Part shown: piece after piece, positions 56,857 through 64,000 of the stretch
Numbering within the stretch: the stretch's first letter is position 1
How the letters are laid out: each line of letters starts with the position of its first letter
Assembly: GCA_964057225.1 (NCBI GenBank)
Contig: OZ059894.1
Location: forward strand, 11,098,001 to 11,162,000
Direction of reading: 5' to 3'
Origin: Auanema rhodensis
Lineage: Eukaryota; Animalia; Nematoda
Length of the DNA stretch: 64,000 bases
Made by a program: the position numbers and the translations under genes
The notes under the pieces: model-generated
Database searches by the model: none
Told to the model about the DNA's origin: nothing
What the model saw: only the letters and a program-made list of their open reading frames with translations

Positions 56857-57005
56857 AATGGGCCGTTCCCGCCAGCAGTGCAAGAGCGGGTCGACCCGTG
56901 AGGTGGAGCTAGCAAGCCAGCATCTACCTCAAGTCTCAAAAATCGGTTAACCTTATTGTGAACCAATGGAACACATATCGAAGGTTAATTCGATAAGAAC
57001 GATTA
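56857..57005 (-). pseudogene. U2: U2 3' part (nt 38-186), interrupted by truncated non-LTR copy 5
   Basis: Same junction as copy 2. Confidence 0.93.
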
Positions 57006-59008
57006 ATGGTTTATTGGATAACTAATGTTATGAAACAATAAATAACCAATAAAAAAGAGCCCAGAATCGGGGAGACGGTATTACCAGTACAACTTAAAAC
57101 AACAAGTGATTAAAAAGTACAAAATAAAACACATTACCAACAGAGGCTAAAACGACTCAAGAGTCGGGGGAGTGGGTTAAAAAAAGTAATGAATAACAAA
57201 AAAAATGAATAATAAAGCAGAACAGTGAAAAGTAAATATCAAGTGCCGCTATGATCAAACAATTTGAGTGCCTACGGCAATGGTGTTAAAAATAAACAAC
57301 AAAATACATGTACCAATGAAGGTCAGAAAGAGAGAAAGAAAAAAGACAAAAATAAGTAATACAAAAAGTAAAAAATATATTACAATCAAATCACAAACAA
57401 GTCAATGGATAATTTCTTCTTCATACTGCCTTACACCAGAAACATGTTCCACGTAGATATTCCTGGCCCACTTGATGGTATCGGCGACGACGAGCTTCTC
57501 CATTAGCCGGTTGTAGTGGCTGCTGATCTTGAGTGATCGGAGGGCTTGTACGTTGAGCGGGTCCATAGTTCCAAGCATTCCTACAACATACGCTTCTACA
57601 CTAGTCTTATAACCAAGACATTGGTATTGGCTGGCTATGTCAGCATATTTCCTCTCCTTTATCATACGCGCGGCTATCATGGCTTGTCGGCGGTTTTCAT
57701 AGCTCACTGTAACATCAACGATACTACAGTGTTTTGCGTCATGATCGACCACTACTATGTCAGGTCGGAGTGTACTATTAATGCCAGGAAGAGGCTGGTT
57801 AGTGTAAACTTCTCCGTTTTTAGGCTCTGGCAGGGCTTTGATAAGACGGTCCACGATGTTGTTGTGGCGGAGTTGGATTGCTCTCGTGTGAAAGTGGCAG
57901 TGTCCAAGAACATGTGCAGCAGTTTCGTTGGGGTAACTACACCTGCGGCACTGTTTGTTTCCTTCTCCGTGTCTTCTACAGCCATTGAGCTGGAGAGTAT
58001 TAAGTCGAGCCTTGTGGATGAATCGCCAATCAGCAAACCGTATGAAATCTCCCTTCGCCATAAAGTGATTGGACGCTTTGTTGAGCATTGTGACATCAAA
58101 GACTTTCCCTTGATCCGGTTTTTGAAGAAGGATCCGAAGGTCTTTCAGCCATAATGCACGTCGCAGGCTTCTGTGGCATAGTGAAGGTGTTAACAGTTGG
58201 TTGTTTAGATTGAGTTCTAAACCACTTTCGAGGCATGTCCAGTTAGCGTTGATGAGTTTCTTGAGTTGACGCATCGCTACTCTTACTCTAGTCCAGATGG
58301 AGGAAACATCAGATGTTTCGGTGTCGAAAATGCCATCAACGGAACCGTTGTAATATGCAGCTGTCTCATCGTTACTGGCTTGACGTTTAATCCTTTTTGA
58401 TGCTACTTTTATTGAGTCTTGATGCGCAATATCAGCTACTACAAGATCAGATGACTTCAAAAGTTGGTAGGCATGAGTGACTTCACAGACGTCTGACAGG
58501 TGTTGGAGTCGAGAGAGACCAAGTCCGCCGTAGTTAGTTGGCAGGTAGATTGGTTCAGCACTGGCGTTTGGAGGATAGTGCATCCATCTACGGGCACAGC
58601 GTTTGAGTTCTTTGTCAAAGGCGACTAGTTTACTCTTTGGGACGTGGCCATTCGTCATATGAAAATTAAGGCAGGGCATCAGGAAGGTGCGTACTGCGTC
58701 AGCTTTCTGCCATTCAGCAAGTAAGGATTTGTCAATTTTTTCCAAGTGTTGACTCATGATATTCACTGTTGGAACCGCAGACTTATGTAAATGCATTCCA
58801 GTAGGGATTCCCAGGTGGGAGTAGCTGTCAAATTTGCTGAGAGCGGGTAGAAAGCAGCTCTGAAGCATGTATGAGGCTGTTGATATTTTCCCTTTGTCGA
58901 TCGTCAAAGTGGCGCATTTCGCTGGTTTGAAGGTCAAGCCTGTGAAATTAGCCGCATTTGATGCTGCGTCCAACATTTTCTGTAGATCTTCTGATGATGA
59001 GGAGACCA
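57006..59008 (-). mobile_element. U2-specific non-LTR retrotransposon, copy 5, 5'-truncated
   Basis: 3' 2.0 kb only, same type as copy 3; joined at gagacca|ttgtgttaaaac to array spacer. Confidence 0.92.
57402..59008 (-). pseudogene. C-terminal half of the RT/RLE ORF, truncated just after YADD
   Basis: Begins at VSSSSEDLQ; the apparent ATG is created by the junction. Confidence 0.9.
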
Positions 59009-59759
59009 TTGTGTTAAAACTGGACCGTTTTTACACATATAAAAATGTCCCGTATTCGGGACCCTAATGTAACTTTTGATTCCCTATATTTTTTTTCATG
59101 AAATTTACAATCTACTGTAGAAAGAAGAATTATTTTTATAAAAACTGTAAATTTTTGAAAAATGAAAACAAAACGAAAACAAAAACAACTTTTTTTTGAA
59201 CATTTTCTCACACAAGGGTCCCCCCTTACCTACTTTTTTTCTCATTACTCGTTTCAACCTCATCCGATCACTCTGCAAACATGTTTAATCGTTCTAACTT
59301 GTTGAAATACGTCTTAAAAGTCTAAACAACATGCATATGCATAATAGAAACCACCCGAATAGGCCCCCACGCACTAAACGAGATATATACATTACCAGTA
59401 TAGTAATAGAACACATATTGAAGATTAATTCGATAAGAACAATTTATTGACGTAGAGAATGTTTGTTCCGAAAAACTACAATATTAAACTATAAAAGTAA
59501 CAAAAGCGTAGAGGCAGCAAAGACATGAATAAACATAAATGTAAATACAGAATTACCAGGTAGTACATAAGTATGACAAAAAATTATAAGAAAGCCATGA
59601 AAATAGAAGGTTTGTGAACAAATGAGAGGTACATCTTTGATCGTATAGTCATTTCTAAACCGTTCGTATGCTGCAGCATCGTCATAAGCGTCACTCAAGT
59701 TGAATTTCCATGTGTACTACACGATTTTCATTCTTATTGTTACATTCTTTCCCTGAGGG

Positions 59760-59945
59760 AATGGGCCGTTCCCGCCAGCAGTGCAAGAGCGGGTCGACCC
59801 GTGAGGTGGAGCTAGCAAGCCAGCATCTACCTCAAGTCTCAAAAATCGGTTAACCTTATTGTGAACCAATGGAACACATATCGAAGGTTAATTCGATAAG
59901 AACGATTACTACACTTTGATCTTAGCCAAAAGGCCGAGAAGCGAT
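59760..59945 (-). ncRNA. U2: U2 snRNA
   Basis: Same sequence as 7600-7785. Confidence 0.95.
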
Positions 59946-60387
59946 ACAGCATAGCCATGAGTATCAAAGACATCAAGCAAATGTATCGTACTTGTTACGA
60001 GTGCACTCTCTCATTTGAATATAAAAGTGTGGTTTGACAATCTTGACTGTACAGGTCATAAATGGCTCATATAAACTGTGGATTTACTCAACTTTTGGAC
60101 TTATTTTTTTCTTATTCGAAGCGCTGCACTTTTTTCTATTCTTTTTATTCAAATACTTGTATATAGTTTTATATGTACGGTTGCAAAGTTTCCGAATATT
60201 TTATATATTTTTATACAATAATTAGGAGAAGGTTAATACAATGAAATCTCCCAACTTTACAGTGTTTGTATTGCTTACAGTATCTAGAACAACCACTCTT
60301 GTAATATTAGAGCACATATCAATCAACAACTTTTTCTAGTTATCAAAGCTTTTTTATTTCTTCAAGATATTTCAAATAAAATATAAA

Positions 60388-60506
60388 AGCTTACGACACC
60401 CGGGATTCCCAAGCCGTCTCCGATCCAAGTACTAACCGGGCCCAACGTTGCTTGACTTGCCAGATCGGACGGGATGGCGTACTTTCAACGTGGTATGGTC
60501 GTAAGT
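60388..60506 (-). rRNA. 5S: 5S rRNA (G1A variant)
   Basis: + strand gtaagt instead of gtaagc at nt 1. Confidence 0.95.
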
Positions 60507-60747
60507 AATGTTATATTCTTCATTATCAGTTATATCACTCTAAATCTTGTTGTTAATAGTTAGGACCACAAAGAAAACAACAGGAACAGTAACAAATGAA
60601 ATGCCCAAACTTTACAGTGTTCGAGTTATTTACAGTATCTAAGACTACCTCTGTCGTGTTATTAGAGCAAACATTCGATTAACAACAACTTTTTTTTAGT
60701 TATCAAAGCTTTTTTATTTCTTCAAAAAATTTCAAATAAAATATAAA

Positions 60748-60855
60748 AGCTTACGACACCCGGGATTCCCAAGCCGTCTCCGATCCAAGTACTAACCGGG
60801 CCCAACGTTGCTTGACTTGCCAGATCGGACGGGATGGCGTACTTTCAACGTGGTA
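60748..60855 (-). pseudogene. 5S: 5S rRNA nt 12-119, split by BEL element 2
   Basis: Junction cgtggta|tgtttggac. Confidence 0.93.
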
Positions 60856-61298
60856 TGTTTGGACTATGAATCCAAGAGTTATTCCAGGGGAATAGCTGTA
60901 GTATTACTCGTTCGACGTGATACAGGAGTTAATACCGTTTAGGAGTATTAACGAAGGTTGATACTCGAAGAGAATATTATCAGGGTTGAACTTCGCAGAT
61001 TTGGGTTTAAAAGGTTTATTAAATAAAGATGGTACAGTGGTAGAAAAGTTAGATATTAAAGTGAAGGTTTCTTGGGTTTATATATGATTTAGCTTAAGGG
61101 TGATATTTGATATTTGAATAGAAAGGTCACGTTAATGTAAACTATAGAGGTGATAAAAGTTCAACATCCTTTGAGAATGTTGCGCAATAGGTTAATGATA
61201 CAATTATTCGGTTAATAGATAATGGTTCAGTATTTCAGAAGAGTTATGTTTATATTGTAAATCATGATATTTTGTTAATAGTCAGGCATTTGCCGACA
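60856..61298 (-). repeat. Probable 3' LTR (~443 bp)
   Basis: Minus strand TGTCGGCA...CCAAACA, preceded by cccggcaa (compare gccgggaa in element 1), TATATAAA ~61084, AATAAA ~61020; partner LTR is outside the window. Confidence 0.65.
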
Positions 61299-63999
61299 TT
61301 GCCGGGCGAGGGTTGCGATTTGATTTTTTCAAACAGCAATAAGAGAGGATAGCTGGCAGAAGAAAAGGAGCGAGAAAGGAGAGGGCTGTGTATAAGATAT
61401 ATGAACATGCTGTGACTGCAGCTACGACGGGTACGATCCATTTCCAATTATTCTGGATCACTTCTATTAGAGGTTCCAAGTTGGGGAGATTCCAAGAGAG
61501 TCCAGATGTTCCATTATGTAGTTTGATCAGTTCTTCTGAAATTGTAGTGTCACTTATGTAGTGTAATCTGGTACTTAGCTGGATAAATTGCTTTGTTGCT
61601 CTTCCGCATGTTAGAGTACAATTTTCTTGTACTTTGGGTTCATTGAAGTATAGTTTTATCGTTGTGGCGGGATTTTTGTCGGAGCATCGAATTATAGTAG
61701 AAAAGGAATCGCAGTTCAGTATTGCATTTAACTCGTCCTTTGTTTCACATGTCATGTTTAGCGTTGTTCCTTCTCTGCATTTATAACATCCTGTTATCAT
61801 TTGAAAATCTGAAAAACAAGGATGTCTATTAGTGTATAGACTTTCGATGCTAAATTGCGGGTTTTGCATTGTGAGCGTTGATTCTTCCATTTTTGATAGA
61901 ACTGTTATAGTTCCTGCTTCTTTTGTTATCCTATAATTCGTATTAATTTTTGGAAGTTCATATTTTTTCAGTTCTCTTTGCGTCGCTGAATCGCAATTGC
62001 AAGAGAGCTGTGCTGCGGCCCCCAAACATGGGCAAGGCTTTCTTATGTGGCATGCATTAAACTTATCTGCCGCCATTCTTGCATTGCTGCATATAACAGC
62101 TGGTTTTATTTGCTCCGTTATCATGTAGTTGTTTGTCTCAGATGTTAAAAAAATTTTGTTGTACAGTTCCGTTGTTGCTTTTGCTGTGACTGACGAAATC
62201 TGTAATGATATTCCGTGAAACTCGTATTTTCGGTAGGGCTGTAGCAAAATGTCGTATTTTTGAGTGTTGTTGAGGTATATGATCGTTAATTTTGCTTGCA
62301 CTTCTTGCTTCCATTGTATGCATTTGATCTCTTCGTATACTTCTTTGTTCTCTGGTTGATAAGTTGGTCTAAATAAAATGCATCCTTCTATAGGAAGTCC
62401 ACAGCTGTTGAATAGTCCTCCTCCGGCTCTGGTGCAGTAGGTTCTTCCAGGATTTTCGTATGCAGAATATAGTTCGGATACAAATGTATCCTGTCGAATA
62501 TCATCGCATCCGGTGCCCCAGGGGCAATGAGTTGTACCGGCGCATCTATGAGAGGAGTGAATGGTTAGGTTAGTTATTCTAGTGAATCCTTGCGAAACTT
62601 TTTGGCATGAAAATTTATGTTGAATTAATTGAATTTCTAGTTTTCCTATAGTGGAGTTTTGATATTTGATGTAGGAGCAGAGAGAGTTTTGTAAGGGATT
62701 GAATGAAATTTCTTCGTTGGTTATTTTGGTGCAGTTTTGTATATCGTCGCAAAAGATTTCTATGTTTTTATGAGCGTTGGGGGATCCACAAGCTTGCGCC
62801 TGGCATATGAGAAAAAAGAGTGTGAATAGGAGGGAAGGGATGTACGAAATGGTGGGCTCGTTCTGTCGGCGGTATGTTCTTAGTCTTCTGTAGATTAGAC
62901 CACAGCTAATGAATAAAAGAGCGCAGCCAATTAATGGCGTAAGTACTATAAGAATAGCTAAGATTGGATTACAGTGAGGATTGCCTATGATATGTAGGAT
63001 GAATGGCGGTGGGAAGTCACATGGGTGAGGAAGTTTGCATGTTTGATTCTGAGTTGACTCCAAGTTGAAGCGTGAAACGGATGCTGTTTTTGGTAAAACT
63101 GAAATAGGTAGTGGGATTATTTCGGATTGGTGTGCAGAGAGATTATGGCAGCTGGAGTCGATGCATATTGTTGAGTGGTTTGGTTGTGCTGGAAATACCA
63201 CTTGTGATGTTGAACACCTGATTATCGGTTGGGTCATAGCAACTGAAAATATTTGTATTAGCATCAGAAAACGAAAAATGTTCCTTAGCCGGTTCGGATT
63301 GGTTGGTGTGTGTGAAAGATGATTGACAGTTATTTCCTGTGATTCTCTTCCTTTGTCGAAATTGTCCTTGAGCTCGAGTGGGTAGAGTTTTTCAACTGGT
63401 TTCGTGAGTTCTTTGCCGTTTCCTAATTTAATTCTTGCGGATCTGAATATGTTATCCGAAGACGGTAGTAGGGCAGTAATGCGCGCCATTTGCCAGTTGC
63501 ATCTGTTCAGGTTATCTTCTTCCACAAGGACCACCTCATTTAGCGTTGGGTGGTTAGAACTTCTGTGCGTTTGTTTTGTGGATGCGTGGGCATTACGGAG
63601 ACACAGAAGATATTCCTTGGACCACCGATCCCAGAATGATTCCGCTATAATTTCCACTTTCTGCAGATTTTCAAATGCTTCTTTATTCGTTTGTATTGGG
63701 TTTGGTTCATCCAAGGCTTGTCCCAATTGTTCTACGTTACCTCCTGGTACGAGAACGGGGCTGCCGTTATTCAAGAAATCTGCTGGTGTCAGGGGTCGGT
63801 CGTCTACATTATCTGAATTTGTATAGGTGATCGGTCTGGAATTTATTATTCCTTCGATCTTTATAATTGCCGTCGTTAGTTGGTCTTTGTTGACCAATTT
63901 AAGCTGCAATGATTTGTAGAGCGAAGTTTTTACTATCGCAACCAGTCGCTCCCATACTCCTCCAGTCCATGGGGCACTGGGAGTGTTAAAAATCCATGT
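61282..63999 (-). CDS. BEL polyprotein C-terminus: integrase plus phlebovirus-like Gn/Gc envelope, 5' partial
   Basis: Frame stays open to the window edge; signal, Cys-rich Gn, TM, second signal, Gc (HRCAGTTHC, GGGLFNSCGLPIEGC, GCYKCREG), TM. Confidence 0.92.
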   Translation of the reverse strand, partial: TWIFNTPSAPWTGGVWERLVAIVKTSLYKSLQLKLVNKDQLTTAIIKIEGIINSRPITYTNSDNVDDRPLTPADFLNNGSPVLVPGGNVEQLGQALDEPNPIQTNKEAFENLQKVEIIAESFWDRWSKEYLLCLRNAHASTKQTHRSSNHPTLNEVVLVEEDNLNRCNWQMARITALLPSSDNIFRSARIKLGNGKELTKPVEKLYPLELKDNFDKGRESQEITVNHLSHTPTNPNRLRNIFRFLMLIQIFSVAMTQPIIRCSTSQVVFPAQPNHSTICIDSSCHNLSAHQSEIIPLPISVLPKTASVSRFNLESTQNQTCKLPHPCDFPPPFILHIIGNPHCNPILAILIVLTPLIGCALLFISCGLIYRRLRTYRRQNEPTISYIPSLLFTLFFLICQAQACGSPNAHKNIEIFCDDIQNCTKITNEEISFNPLQNSLCSYIKYQNSTIGKLEIQLIQHKFSCQKVSQGFTRITNLTIHSSHRCAGTTHCPWGTGCDDIRQDTFVSELYSAYENPGRTYCTRAGGGLFNSCGLPIEGCILFRPTYQPENKEVYEEIKCIQWKQEVQAKLTIIYLNNTQKYDILLQPYRKYEFHGISLQISSVTAKATTELYNKIFLTSETNNYMITEQIKPAVICSNARMAADKFNACHIRKPCPCLGAAAQLSCNCDSATQRELKKYELPKINTNYRITKEAGTITVLSKMEESTLTMQNPQFSIESLYTNRHPCFSDFQMITGCYKCREGTTLNMTCETKDELNAILNCDSFSTIIRCSDKNPATTIKLYFNEPKVQENCTLTCGRATKQFIQLSTRLHYISDTTISEELIKLHNGTSGLSWNLPNLEPLIEVIQNNWKWIVPVVAAVTACSYILYTALSFLAPFLLPAILSYCCLKKSNRNPRPAMSANA

Positions 64000-64000
64000 A

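Larger units (their letters stand above)
7357..60855 (-). repeat. Tandem array of a ~2.46-2.51 kb U2 snRNA + 2x 5S rRNA unit, interrupted by retroelements
   Basis: Near-identical units with periods 2107 (single-5S unit), 2473, 2459, 2471, 2471 and 2505 bp; length differences come mainly from a (TA)n tract. Confidence 0.97.
60856..64000 (-). mobile_element. Second, distinct BEL/Pao env-bearing LTR retrotransposon (3' part), inserted in a 5S gene
   Basis: Integrase C-terminus (APWTGGVWERLV, INSRP, FWDRWSKEYL, KLYPLE) then Gn/Gc-like env; abuts 5S nt 12. Confidence 0.92.

Noticed and set aside
7335-60225. Recurrent 63-76 aa ORFs (MSDAYDD..., MTILTVQ..., MRKCSKK..., MLLIDTT...)
   Set aside because: Mostly non-ATG starts in AT-rich spacer; they recur only because the unit is repeated and show no protein-like features.
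7357-60855. CRISPR-like or prokaryotic interpretation of the repeats
   Set aside because: The repeats are kb-scale eukaryotic snRNA/5S units with no short repeat-spacer pattern and no cas genes.

Overview
Eukaryotic, almost certainly nematode, DNA: the 5S rRNA, U2 snRNA and tRNA-Arg PBS all resemble Caenorhabditis sequences as I recall them. Positions ~7357-60855 are a tandem array of a ~2.47-kb unit carrying one U2 snRNA gene and two 5S rRNA genes, all on the minus strand (12 U2 loci, 19 5S loci). The array is heavily parasitised. (i) Five copies of a U2-specific RLE-type non-LTR retrotransposon (Utopia/NeSL-like, 1092-aa ORF); every full-length copy carries U2 sequence up to nt 96 as its own leader. 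(ii) A 783-bp non-coding element at the same U2 site with a U2(1-79) leader; a decayed tandem junction of this element is fixed in the spacer of every unit. (iii) Two different env-bearing BEL/Pao LTR elements, both inserted inside 5S genes; one hides an antisense three-exon gene and a Gag-like accessory ORF. The left end is a Ty3/Gypsy element missing from the ORF track: one open frame (6034 to the window edge) in the unusual order Gag - herpes-gB-like Env - protease - RT. The U2 genes deviate from the canonical sequence exactly at the retrotransposon target site. All family assignments come from motif recognition by eye; no searches were run.
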